Shown here in pieces: positions 10,023-19,298 of a DNA stretch of 64,000 bases (its first letter is position 1; every line of letters starts with the position of its first letter). The position numbers and the translations under genes were made by a program. The notes below the pieces were generated by a model. The model made no database searches. It worked only from the letters and a program-made list of their open reading frames with translations, and was not told the origin of the DNA. The stretch spans positions 4,628 to 68,627 of the forward strand of contig CBDUQP010000001.1 in the NCBI GenBank assembly GCA_965369385.1, given 5' to 3'. Source of the DNA: an uncultured Phycisphaerales bacterium. GTDB lineage: Bacteria; Planctomycetota; Phycisphaerae; SM23-33.

Positions 10023-11401
10023 TGCTGATAACACTGATACGCAAAGAAATCGTATCGCATGTGCTGTCGCTGCGTTTTGGGGTGACGTTCATCCTGACGC
10101 TCCTGCTCGTATTCGCGAGCGTGTACATATGTGCAGACCAATACGAACGCGACCGAGACCAGGAAGCGGCGATAACAAAAGCAGGAAAGACCCATATCGC
10201 TGACATCCTGTCCGAAGAGAAGCCGCAGGATCAGCAAGCCAGGCTCCTGTGGCGCGAGGGACGTTTGGACGCCGTTCCGTCCACACCGCTGTCCACATTC
10301 GCCCGTGGGCTCACCGACTCGTCTCCTGCGGCGATAAAGACGCGCACATGGAAATTCACCAATATCGACCGCCATGCCGACCGGAACGCGATGTCGGGAT
10401 TGTTCAGCACGCCTGATCTGGTATATATCGTCAGTATTGTGCTGTCGCTGCTGGCGATCCTGTTCTCGTTTGACTCGATCTGCGGCGAGAAGGAAACCGG
10501 AACACTTCGCCTGATGATGTCCAATTCGGTCCCTCGGGACCTGGTGTTGCTGGCGAAATGGATAGGCGGCTATCTGGTGCTGATAACGCCGTTCACGGTG
10601 GCGTTTGCCGGCGGCGTGGGTTACGCGTGGTGGAAAGGTATCATCGGACTAGATGGCGATGTTCTTACGAGGATGAGCGTCATGTTTGGCGTGGCGTGCC
10701 TCTACCTGAGCGTGTTCTTCACTCTCGGCCTGCTGGTTTCATGCGTCACGCACAAGTCTGCGACCTCATTGTTTGTGTGCCTGTTCGTATGGGTCGTGTG
10801 GATTCTCGTAATCCCAAATCTGGCTCCAGTTCTTGCAGGCGTCTGCAAGCCTGTTACTCCACTGGAGATCATAGAAGCACAGAAGAAATCAATAGACAGG
10901 GAAATTCGGATTCGGCGATGGCGTCTGACCGAGACTTCCGGAGAGCTCAGCTACGGCACGAAGATCAAAGATGCAAGAGAGAAATTGGATCGTGAACGCG
11001 AGCGGCGTAAGGATGCGTGGGACAAGTTCTGGATGAATCAGTGCAATGCCCAAACGAGCATGGCAGAAGTCCTCGGGCGACTCTCGCCTTCGGGATGCTG
11101 GATGTACGCATCCGTCGGCCTGATGGATACCGGCCGGGTTTCATATGAAGAGTTCGACCTGGCACGCAGGCGACTCAAGGACGACATGAAGGCATATGGC
11201 GATGAACTGCGGAAGACCGGGCAAGCTTCGGGCAAGCCTGCCGAGATAATCCCGGAGAAGATCCCGACACTTAGAGTGAGGCGCCCCGCGACGAACAAGG
11301 CAGTGGCTGGCACTCTGCCCGATGTCCTGATCCTGAGCATACTCAACGTACTGTTCTTCCTGTCGGCCTTCTTGTTCTTCCTGCGATATGACGTCAGATA
11401 A
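10022..11401 (+). CDS. ABC-2 family permease with coiled-coil C-terminal extension and extra C-terminal TM helix
   Basis: ABC-2 signature DSICGEKETGTLRLMMS. N-terminal TM, extracytoplasmic loop, TM bundle, a charged helical segment (REIRIRRWRLTE...REKLDRERERRKDAWDKFW), and a terminal TM ending RYDVR. Confidence 0.7.
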   Translation: MLITLIRKEIVSHVLSLRFGVTFILTLLLVFASVYICADQYERDRDQEAAITKAGKTHIADILSEEKPQDQQARLLWREGRLDAVPSTPLSTFARGLTDSSPAAIKTRTWKFTNIDRHADRNAMSGLFSTPDLVYIVSIVLSLLAILFSFDSICGEKETGTLRLMMSNSVPRDLVLLAKWIGGYLVLITPFTVAFAGGVGYAWWKGIIGLDGDVLTRMSVMFGVACLYLSVFFTLGLLVSCVTHKSATSLFVCLFVWVVWILVIPNLAPVLAGVCKPVTPLEIIEAQKKSIDREIRIRRWRLTETSGELSYGTKIKDAREKLDRERERRKDAWDKFWMNQCNAQTSMAEVLGRLSPSGCWMYASVGLMDTGRVSYEEFDLARRRLKDDMKAYGDELRKTGQASGKPAEIIPEKIPTLRVRRPATNKAVAGTLPDVLILSILNVLFFLSAFLFFLRYDVR

Positions 11402-11525
11402 GTAGTACTGCGTATCACGTAGAACGATAGACGATAACCTGCCGGCAGTGGCTGGCAGGCAATAATTTGCGAATGTCGTACCTGTTAAGTGCGCCGTCCA
11501 GAACAAGAATCTGCGAGGTAGTCTT

Positions 11526-12980
11526 ATGCTTTGGCAATTGATGAAGAAAGAATGTCTCGAACACATGATGAGCCTGCGGTTTGCAATCGCATGCGTACTC
11601 TGCCTGGTAGTGGTGCTTTGTGGTGTGTTTGTCCGCCACCAAGCGTACGCCAAGCGGCTCAACGAGTATCACGAGAAGGTATCTACCGAGGTGAGAACCC
11701 GAAGCGAGCAGGAATGGCCTTGGCATATACGATGGCACGGGCAGAATGAGTATCAAAAGCCCAATGCACTGAAGATATTCGTTCGTGGGGTGGAAGACCG
11801 CAACGGACTCGAAGTGAACGTCAATGATCGCAATTGCCCTCAACCGAAGGCCGAAGACGTGACAAACAGGGCAGTATCCCTGTTCCCGTCGATGGATATC
11901 GTGGTGTTCGTTGGACTGATAATGTCATTGATGGCTATTGTGTTTGGTTATGACGCGATCTGCGGGGAGAAGCAGCGCGGTACTCTGCGAATGATGCTGT
12001 CATACTCAGTCCCCCGCCACCTCATACTCCTAAGCAAGTGGATCGGTGGATACGTGATGCTGATTCTGCCGTTCGTAATCGCGGTGATCATAGGATGCGT
12101 TGTCATAATGTCTCGCCCGGACGTATCTCTCACAAGTTCGCAGTGGTCCAGGCTTCTGGTTATTGGATTGTTCGCGTTACTGTACATCGCCACGATGTAT
12201 TCACTGGCGATGTTCGTGTCGTGTCTGACGGCCCGCCCATCGACAAGCGTGATGATCCTGTTGAGTATCTGGGTTGTGTTCATACTGGCCGTGCCAAACC
12301 TGAGCCCTTATGTGGCAGCACTGGGCGAGCCCGGCCCGAATCTGCAGGAAGCTGAGATCAAGCGGGGCAAAGCCGCCAGGAACGTGCCAATTCAGCTCGA
12401 AGCCGCCATGAAGGAATACGAAGAGGACAATAATATTGACCGCAAGTCACTGTCTTGGCGCAATCCAGAAGACCGGCTGGTACTCGCCGAGTGGTGGAAG
12501 TTCCGGGCAAAACTACGCTACGAGTTGAATAGGGACAGGCTTGCCGAGACCGCTCGGATTAACGACGAGTTCGCCAGAAAACTAGCAGTCCAGTCCGAAC
12601 TCACTCGTCAGATCAGCCGCGTCTCACCCCTGTCGTGCTTCGCGATGGCTGCCACGGAACTGGCCGACGCAGGCAGAACAGACCACGATCGCTACCTGAA
12701 GCAACTGCGGAAACACCAAGCCGTCTTGAGCGCATATCTTGTCGAGCAACAAGGCATAGCCGAAGACCTGTCCGTGGTGATGTCAAACAAGACTAACAAG
12801 GAAGATAAGAAGACGTGGAAAGACGTGCGAGACAGACCGGTCCCAACGTTCGCCTATGAACCGGCATCTGCCAGTACATATGCACCAATGGTAGCTGTCG
12901 ACGGGGGCATACTTGTTGGGATGTCCATTGTGCTGTTCATGCTGAGCTATCTAATGTTCATCCGCTATGATGTGAGGTAA
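11526..12980 (+). CDS. ABC-2 family permease, paralog of the 10022-11401 gene
   Basis: Same architecture and motifs as the upstream permease (DAICGEKQRGTLRMMLS; identical C-terminal FIRYDVR versus FLRYDVR). Tandem duplicate. Confidence 0.7.
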   Translation: MLWQLMKKECLEHMMSLRFAIACVLCLVVVLCGVFVRHQAYAKRLNEYHEKVSTEVRTRSEQEWPWHIRWHGQNEYQKPNALKIFVRGVEDRNGLEVNVNDRNCPQPKAEDVTNRAVSLFPSMDIVVFVGLIMSLMAIVFGYDAICGEKQRGTLRMMLSYSVPRHLILLSKWIGGYVMLILPFVIAVIIGCVVIMSRPDVSLTSSQWSRLLVIGLFALLYIATMYSLAMFVSCLTARPSTSVMILLSIWVVFILAVPNLSPYVAALGEPGPNLQEAEIKRGKAARNVPIQLEAAMKEYEEDNNIDRKSLSWRNPEDRLVLAEWWKFRAKLRYELNRDRLAETARINDEFARKLAVQSELTRQISRVSPLSCFAMAATELADAGRTDHDRYLKQLRKHQAVLSAYLVEQQGIAEDLSVVMSNKTNKEDKKTWKDVRDRPVPTFAYEPASASTYAPMVAVDGGILVGMSIVLFMLSYLMFIRYDVR

Positions 12981-12984
12981 TGCC

Positions 12985-14382
12985 ATGAAACGCTGGATTG
13001 CAATAACGACTGCCATAATCGCCCTGGCGGCACTGGCTGTGACCGTATCCGTGTTGTTCATGTGGGAGGACCATGATCCGCGAACTCTGTTGACGCGGCT
13101 GGAAACAACCGCCCCTGGCCAAGTCCGGGAGCAAATCCTCATGCGTCTGAAGTCGTCGCCAGGCGCGGATAACGCGATGATGGACGTTATCAAAGACAAG
13201 AGTCGCAAAGACAAGTTCGTAGCCGAAGTCGTCGAACTGCTCTTCAAAAGGAATGTTCATCGCCAGGCCAAAGATGTGAACGCAGCGCTACTCGAGACGC
13301 TGAAGTCAGAGAGTGTCGTCATTCGTCGCAAGGCCGCCGCATGCATGGCCATGTATGCCAAAAACGAGTTGCGAGCAGGCATGATAGACCTTCTTGACGA
13401 CCCCAACGCCGAAGTTCGCAAGCAAGCATACATTGTCCTTGTAAGCGGATATTGGAAATACCCAGCGTATGGCGTCTGGGAGCACATCAGCGCAGCCGGC
13501 CGTGCGAAGATGCTATCGATATGCCGCAAACAGATGAAATCTGAGACTGATAGTGACCTGCGAATACTGGCCAGGGCGGTAGTCGGACGTGAAATTGAAG
13601 TTCGGGCACTACAGGCCCGGCAGCTTGCCAGTTCTTCTGATCTGGCTGGCGCGGAGAAACTGCTCCAGAGCTGCCTTGAGCTTGATCCCGATAATCAGGT
13701 TGCCCAGATCAAGCTTATCCGCTTCTATCTCCGCAATGGCGATAAGAAGAAGGCAATAGAACTCGCCCGCAAACATGCCGCAATCATGGAAGTTCCCGAG
13801 CTGTCGGAGACTCCAAAGATCGACGGGGACCCGACTGACAAGGTGTGGAAAGAAGCATGCCGCATCGACAAGTTCTATCATGCCACATCCAAGTGGGTGC
13901 AACGCGAAGCAGAGGGAAGGTCCGAAGCCTACATAGGACACAAGGACGGAGTGCTATACATTGCGGTGTTGGGCTACGAAGACGATCTGAGCAAGATACG
14001 CGCAACGGTCACCGGCCGAGATACCCAGCCGTGGAAAGACGACTGCCTTGAGTTGATCTTCGATCCCGCCAACAGCGAGCGTGAACTGTATCAGTTCGTC
14101 ATTAACACGCTCGGCGCAATGTTCGACAAACACAAGAGCGACGCCAAGGTGAATTTCCCCTGCAAATATGGTGTGAAGGTATTCAAGGATCGCGGCTACA
14201 TGGGCTGGGAATTCGCCATTCGCGGCGACGATCTCGGCAAGAACAAGATCAAACCGGGAGTCATTTGGTCCATGAATATCTTCCGCACTCGCATAGGCGC
14301 AGCCAGCGAACAAGGTTGCGTCTGGTCGCCATGCGGATGGTCCCTGCGAATGGACACCTACCCCCTGGCACTGTTCAAATAG
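12985..14382 (+). CDS. Membrane-anchored HEAT/TPR-repeat protein with C-terminal CBM9/DOMON-like beta-sandwich domain
   Basis: N-terminal TM. HEAT-like DPNAEVRKQAYIVL. TPR-like LELDPDNQVAQIKLIRFYLRNGDKKKAIELARK. C-terminal PKIDGDPTDKVWKEA matches the CBM9-type 'DG..D..W' opening motif. The gene starts 5 nt after the permease stop. Confidence 0.5.
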   Translation: MKRWIAITTAIIALAALAVTVSVLFMWEDHDPRTLLTRLETTAPGQVREQILMRLKSSPGADNAMMDVIKDKSRKDKFVAEVVELLFKRNVHRQAKDVNAALLETLKSESVVIRRKAAACMAMYAKNELRAGMIDLLDDPNAEVRKQAYIVLVSGYWKYPAYGVWEHISAAGRAKMLSICRKQMKSETDSDLRILARAVVGREIEVRALQARQLASSSDLAGAEKLLQSCLELDPDNQVAQIKLIRFYLRNGDKKKAIELARKHAAIMEVPELSETPKIDGDPTDKVWKEACRIDKFYHATSKWVQREAEGRSEAYIGHKDGVLYIAVLGYEDDLSKIRATVTGRDTQPWKDDCLELIFDPANSERELYQFVINTLGAMFDKHKSDAKVNFPCKYGVKVFKDRGYMGWEFAIRGDDLGKNKIKPGVIWSMNIFRTRIGAASEQGCVWSPCGWSLRMDTYPLALFK

Positions 14383-15083
14383 ACATCTCCAGCGGCGCGG
14401 GCCACTGCCGTTCGGTCCGAGAAACACCATCGAGAGGCGATGAAGCCCGCCCTCAACTTCCAACGTGCCTACAACGTTCGGATATGCGCCGACGACATCA
14501 CACGCGTAGTCGGAACGCCAAGGGCATTACGGTTCGCAGCCTCTCCGAAGAGAACCAACGCACGCTCGACGCCGAAATGCGGCAGGCCGCCGACAGAGCC
14601 CTTCGAATCACGATCGAAGGCACCTGGGCGAATAGCTTGGAATAACGGGCCCCTGTCACACAAAATCGCATCTGTTGCAGGGTCTTGAATCACACTCCGA
14701 TTCACCACACCTCACATAGGACTATTCACACTTCCACTTCCACTTCCAGCAGAACAACGTCATGCAGATGCAGAGCGCCAATGCGGACGCTCTTGCCGCC
14801 ATCGCACAACTCGAATGACGATCCGGAAATGCCTGAAACCGCAGATCGAACAACCGCACCGTTCAGTCTTATAGCCAGATCGTATACCGGGTTTATCTCG
14901 CCTGGTGTGTGCAAAAAGTTGGCCTTCTGCGGCGAAGGATGGCGGTGCGATGAACCCGGAGAATTGTGCAAATGAACCATCCACCTGCCGCCTGCACGAA
15001 CGCGAACATTCGCCGCCACACACAACGGCGCATCGACCTCAATCTGCGCCGTTGCAAGGCCGCAAACAATGTGCCTGAAAAGC

Positions 15084-16199
15084 TCACGCATCTGCGGCGT
15101 CGGCCGGCACAGCCACTATCGGATCAGACTCTTGCCACCTGTAAGTCACATAATCACCCGCAACTGCTCTCAATTGCTCGTCACGGATTTCCAATGTGGT
15201 GCCCCAACCCTTGTATCGCACTGAAGCACTTCGAGACACAATCCCCAGCAGGTCGTCCAGTGCCCCCGTTTCGCGAAGCCGGCCCCACTCATCCAGTATG
15301 CCAACTTCATCGCACGCAACCAGAATTCCACCATCGTTAACGAAGTTCCTTATCGCCTCGGCCTGCGAATCGCTTATGCATCGCGTGCCACCGGCCAGCA
15401 GAACCTTGTACGCACTCAATTCTCCGCGATCGATATGATCATCAAACACCACGCCTGACTGAACGTGCAGATGTCTGCACAGTTCATTGGCACCGTGCCA
15501 GCGGTCCCAGGCTTCATGCGGATTATCGCGGCTGGAGAAGTCCTGATCCTGCTGCGAACACCAGATCGCGGCATATTCGAGCGGATCGCCATCGTTGAAC
15601 TCAATGCGCGGTGCCATCTCGGACTGTATCTTGCGAAGGGGTTCTGCCACCAGGTCTGGCGCGACTCCAATGCCCATGCACATTGCTCCGCCGGCGGACA
15701 CTGTCCCGATCCCCGCGTTAACGGCCGGGAGCGTATCGAAATCAGGCACCCACTGACCACCGTGATCCCGTAGCGGCCACCATGTCTCCACGCCACGGGT
15801 GCACTTGTAAGCATGCTGCATCTTCATCTGCATATCGCTCTGGGCGGAGAAGCCGTCAAGTTCCGCACTCATCATGCAATCCCAATCAAGCGTGCGCATG
15901 GGGATACCTGTGTTCCAGACGAGAGGAGCATTGTTGCGGCGGCGATAGTTGTTGAAGCAAACCACAGCATCCGCGCGGACGGCCGTTACCGAATCCACGC
16001 ACGCCTTCCACACTTCCATCAGAACATCGTATCGCCACATGATCCACTGCTTGAAAGTCATGTCATCGTAGTCGAGCTTCTCGGGCAGCGTCAGGCCGGT
16101 ATCGCGTTTGAAGCGATCCTGGCAAAAGTCGCACTTGCAGCCGGGAAGATACCACGGGTACACCCCCTGGAGACTCATCGTACTGCCATCGAACCACAA
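15084..16199 (-). CDS. GH42-like (beta-galactosidase family) protein, likely N-terminally truncated or degraded
   Basis: CxCxxC motif (PGCKCDFCQ) like the GH42 zinc site, but at residue about 20 instead of about 150. Trimerisation (GATase1-like) domain motif KVLLAGGTRCISDSQAEAIRNFVNDGGILVA. Upstream in-frame stop at 16218 and FeoB at 16418 leave no room for the missing N-terminus. The track start is TTG. Confidence 0.4.
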   Translation of the reverse strand: MWFDGSTMSLQGVYPWYLPGCKCDFCQDRFKRDTGLTLPEKLDYDDMTFKQWIMWRYDVLMEVWKACVDSVTAVRADAVVCFNNYRRRNNAPLVWNTGIPMRTLDWDCMMSAELDGFSAQSDMQMKMQHAYKCTRGVETWWPLRDHGGQWVPDFDTLPAVNAGIGTVSAGGAMCMGIGVAPDLVAEPLRKIQSEMAPRIEFNDGDPLEYAAIWCSQQDQDFSSRDNPHEAWDRWHGANELCRHLHVQSGVVFDDHIDRGELSAYKVLLAGGTRCISDSQAEAIRNFVNDGGILVACDEVGILDEWGRLRETGALDDLLGIVSRSASVRYKGWGTTLEIRDEQLRAVAGDYVTYRWQESDPIVAVPADAADA

Positions 16200-16417
16200 A
16201 CACCCTGCCCCGTCAGCTCATGGACGCCGGTCTTGCGAACTATCGCATGAATTCCGATCCTGCGCAGCGTCCCCGCAGCCAGCACAGCCGCCGCATTTTG
16301 ACTTGCCCGACAGTGCCCGCCGCACGCTCCACACGATAACGCCTGCTGCCACAGCCACAATCGCTATAACTATGATCGTCTCCGGCATATTTGGCATCTC
16401 ATCATCTCCCGTCGCGA

Positions 16418-19018
16418 TCAGGCGAACAGACTGCCCACCTGGTAAACCACCAGAGTCACTATATACGCCACCACCGTCAGGCCGAACAGTTGCAGCATCG
16501 CCCACTTCCACGAACCCGATTCGCGCTTCGTTACCACAATGGTAGCTATGCACGGCGCGGTTATCAGGCAGAACAGCATTATGCAGTACCCCGTCAGCGG
16601 CGTGTAGTTTGCCTTGAGCTTCGCGCGCAGGGCGTCGGAACCCTCGTCGGAATCGCCCAATGACATCACAATGCCCATCTGCGTCACGAACACTTCCTTC
16701 GCGGCGAACGCGCCGATCAGGGCCGTCCCGATTCGCCAGTCGAAACCAAGCGGCTTGAGTGCCGGTTCCATTCCCTTGCCGATACCGCCGGCAACGGTGT
16801 AGGACATTTCCTCCACTTGCCGCCGGCCTCCCAACTCAGATACGCAGCCGAGATACTCCGCCTCCATCTCGTCGAGGTATCTGATCACTGCGGGATAGAT
16901 GTCGCGGTTCTCGAGTTCCAGGCTCTTCATATCCAATTCCAGCCTGCTGAGCCTCGTCGCGTAATCCTCAGTTCCCTCAATCAGTTCATCGTCTTCCACA
17001 TCATGATCGAACTCGGCACGAACCGCCACAACCCTGTCGCGCAGCAGGAGAAAACTCGCAAGCGGGCTGCCGCCATCGGAGTGAGTAAGCTTCTCCACAG
17101 CGGCCTTGCGGTCCGCTTCGGCTGCGGCATATCCGTCTTCGTGAGGCCAGTACTGCGACTGCTTCTCTGCGGCAGCCAGCTCTGTCTGGACAGCCCTGGC
17201 GATCAACTGCGATTTGGCAGGCAGACCTACCTGCTGGTTCAACTGGCTCAATGATTGCACAAAACCGGCGGCCGCCTGGGCATGCAGCTTATCGTAGTCC
17301 TCATCGAAAGCAGTCTTCTGCGGGAATGTGGTAAGCGCCCAAAGCACGATCGAAATCGCCAGGATCACAGTTCCAGCTTTCCGCAAGTAAAGCCATGCAC
17401 GCTCCCACATGTGTATCAGCAGGCCCTTCAGCGTGGGCATGCGATACGGGGGAAGCTCCATCAGGAACGGAACCATGTCGCCGCGGAAAAGCGTCTTACG
17501 CAGCAGCTTCGCCAGCAAAATAGCCAACACGATGCCTATAAGATAGATGCTCCACAGGATCGGCGCACCCCACGCCTGCGGAAAGAACGCTGGGATAATC
17601 ATGGCGTATATCGGCAGCCGCGCGCCGCAACTCATAAGAGGCACTACGAGCATCGTGGTCAACCGGTCGCGGCGGGTTTCCAGCGTGCGTGTAGCCATTA
17701 TCGCCGGAATACTGCAACCAAAGCCGATCATCATCGGGATGAAACTCCTGCCGTGCAGGCCTATCCGATGCATCAGGCGATCCATCACAAATGCCGCGCG
17801 GGCCATGTATCCGCTGTCTTCAAGAAACGCGATCCCCAGAAACAGCAGCACGATATTCGGCAGGAACACAACCACCCCGCCGACGCCCGCGATAATGCCG
17901 TCCACCAGCAGCGAACGCAGCAGGCTTTCGCTGCCCCTCGGCCACATCGCCGAAACCGTGCTCCCGAGCCAGTGCACGCCGGACTCGATCCACCCCATTG
18001 GCGCCTCACCCAGCGTGAATGTCATATAGAACACCAGATACATCAAGCCGACAAAAATCGGCATCCCCAACCATCTGTTGGTCAGGAAGGTATCTATCTT
18101 GTCGCTCATGTTGTGGCGAGCTTCCACGCTGTGGCGAACCGTCTCGGTGCATGCGCCAGAAATGAACCCATAGCGGCGGTCGGCCAGTATGATCTCGGCA
18201 GAGTCGCCGCATACCGATTCTATGTGGCCGCGAAGCTTGGCTGCACGTGCAAGGATCTCGTCGGCCTGGCCCGCGCAATCTCTTCGAAATTCCTCGGCTG
18301 CCTCCCCATCGTCTTCGAGCAGCTTAACCGCCATCCAGCGCGAGCGTACCACGCCGCACTTCTCGGTGATCAGCCCAGCCAGTTCGCACACGTGAGGTTC
18401 CACTTCGTTGCCGTATGTGGGATGGCGCTGCCGCCGTAACTGCTCGGCTGCGCCGTCGGCCACTTCGACCACCGCGTCCAACAGCTCATCAATGCCCTGT
18501 GACCTGTTGCCTACAGTCCAGACAATCCGAACGCCGAGCAATTGCGACAGTTCATCGATATCGATATCGAGCCCGCGCCTTTTTGCGACGTCGGCCATGT
18601 TGAACGCGAGAACCACCGGTACGTTCATCTCCAGCAGTTGCGTGGCGAGGTAGAGATTGCGTTCGAGATTGGACGAATCCACAATGGCGACCACCACATC
18701 AGGACATTCTTCCAGCAGGAACTTGCGAGTGACCAGTTCGTCCATGGTATATGCGGTGAGACTGTAGGTGCCAGGCAGGTCCACAACGTGAAGCTTGCGC
18801 CCCTTGTGGACGGCAGTGCCTTCCTTCTTCTCAACGGTCACGCCGGGATAGTTGCCCACATGCTGACGAGCGCCCGTTATCGCATTGAAGACGGTGGTCT
18901 TGCCGCAATTGGGGTTACCCGCCAATGCTATCGAGATTCGGTGCCCATGGGTCTTGGCAACCTGGCCGGCGTTTGTGCTTGCAGGAGTCATCTCAGTTAT
19001 CGTCTCTATAAAGTTCAA
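16418..19018 (-). CDS. feoB: Ferrous iron transporter FeoB (long form with an inserted soluble coiled-coil segment)
   Basis: N-terminal G-domain (G1 GNPNCGKTT, G3 DLPG, G4 NMAD) followed by two gate/core TM regions. An insert of about 170 aa (AAAEKQSQYWPHEDGY...SRLELDMKSLELENRD) lies between the TM halves. The track start is TTG; an ATG (MTPASTNAG) lies 10 codons in. Confidence 0.9.
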   Translation of the reverse strand: MNFIETITEMTPASTNAGQVAKTHGHRISIALAGNPNCGKTTVFNAITGARQHVGNYPGVTVEKKEGTAVHKGRKLHVVDLPGTYSLTAYTMDELVTRKFLLEECPDVVVAIVDSSNLERNLYLATQLLEMNVPVVLAFNMADVAKRRGLDIDIDELSQLLGVRIVWTVGNRSQGIDELLDAVVEVADGAAEQLRRQRHPTYGNEVEPHVCELAGLITEKCGVVRSRWMAVKLLEDDGEAAEEFRRDCAGQADEILARAAKLRGHIESVCGDSAEIILADRRYGFISGACTETVRHSVEARHNMSDKIDTFLTNRWLGMPIFVGLMYLVFYMTFTLGEAPMGWIESGVHWLGSTVSAMWPRGSESLLRSLLVDGIIAGVGGVVVFLPNIVLLFLGIAFLEDSGYMARAAFVMDRLMHRIGLHGRSFIPMMIGFGCSIPAIMATRTLETRRDRLTTMLVVPLMSCGARLPIYAMIIPAFFPQAWGAPILWSIYLIGIVLAILLAKLLRKTLFRGDMVPFLMELPPYRMPTLKGLLIHMWERAWLYLRKAGTVILAISIVLWALTTFPQKTAFDEDYDKLHAQAAAGFVQSLSQLNQQVGLPAKSQLIARAVQTELAAAEKQSQYWPHEDGYAAAEADRKAAVEKLTHSDGGSPLASFLLLRDRVVAVRAEFDHDVEDDELIEGTEDYATRLSRLELDMKSLELENRDIYPAVIRYLDEMEAEYLGCVSELGGRRQVEEMSYTVAGGIGKGMEPALKPLGFDWRIGTALIGAFAAKEVFVTQMGIVMSLGDSDEGSDALRAKLKANYTPLTGYCIMLFCLITAPCIATIVVTKRESGSWKWAMLQLFGLTVVAYIVTLVVYQVGSLFA

Positions 19019-19298
19019 GCCCTGCCCAAAGCAGGGGTCTGGGTGATTCTATCGGCCAATCCGGCTGGCCAGCCAGGCTGCCAGGTCCGCCATCTGCCTT
19101 ATCCCGGGTGCGTAACCGGCCGAGGGCGAATCCATGGTTGCATCTTTACAGAATGCATATGTTGAGTGCAAGAACAAATGTTCAGCATGCCTAACTTTTT
19201 CAATATTATTCTGCTATTCACTCTATTTTTAAGGATTTACAGGAAAGCTCGAATCCCATATCACTGGCAGACATCACGCAAGAGCCCGGCCGGATGCC

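Noticed and set aside
14400-15083. Small ORFs in the 700-nt gap after the HEAT/CBM9-like gene (14265-14645, 14440-14688, 14685-14975)
   Set aside because: They are overlapping, Arg/Pro/Ser-rich, and without motifs. They look like noise in an intergenic region, apart from the possible GH42 remnant noted separately.
19019-19298. Possible Fur box upstream of feoB (AGAATAATATTGA on the minus strand)
   Set aside because: It resembles GATAATGATAATCATTATC only in AT richness and lacks the 7-1-7 symmetry. Too weak to call without a PSSM scan.
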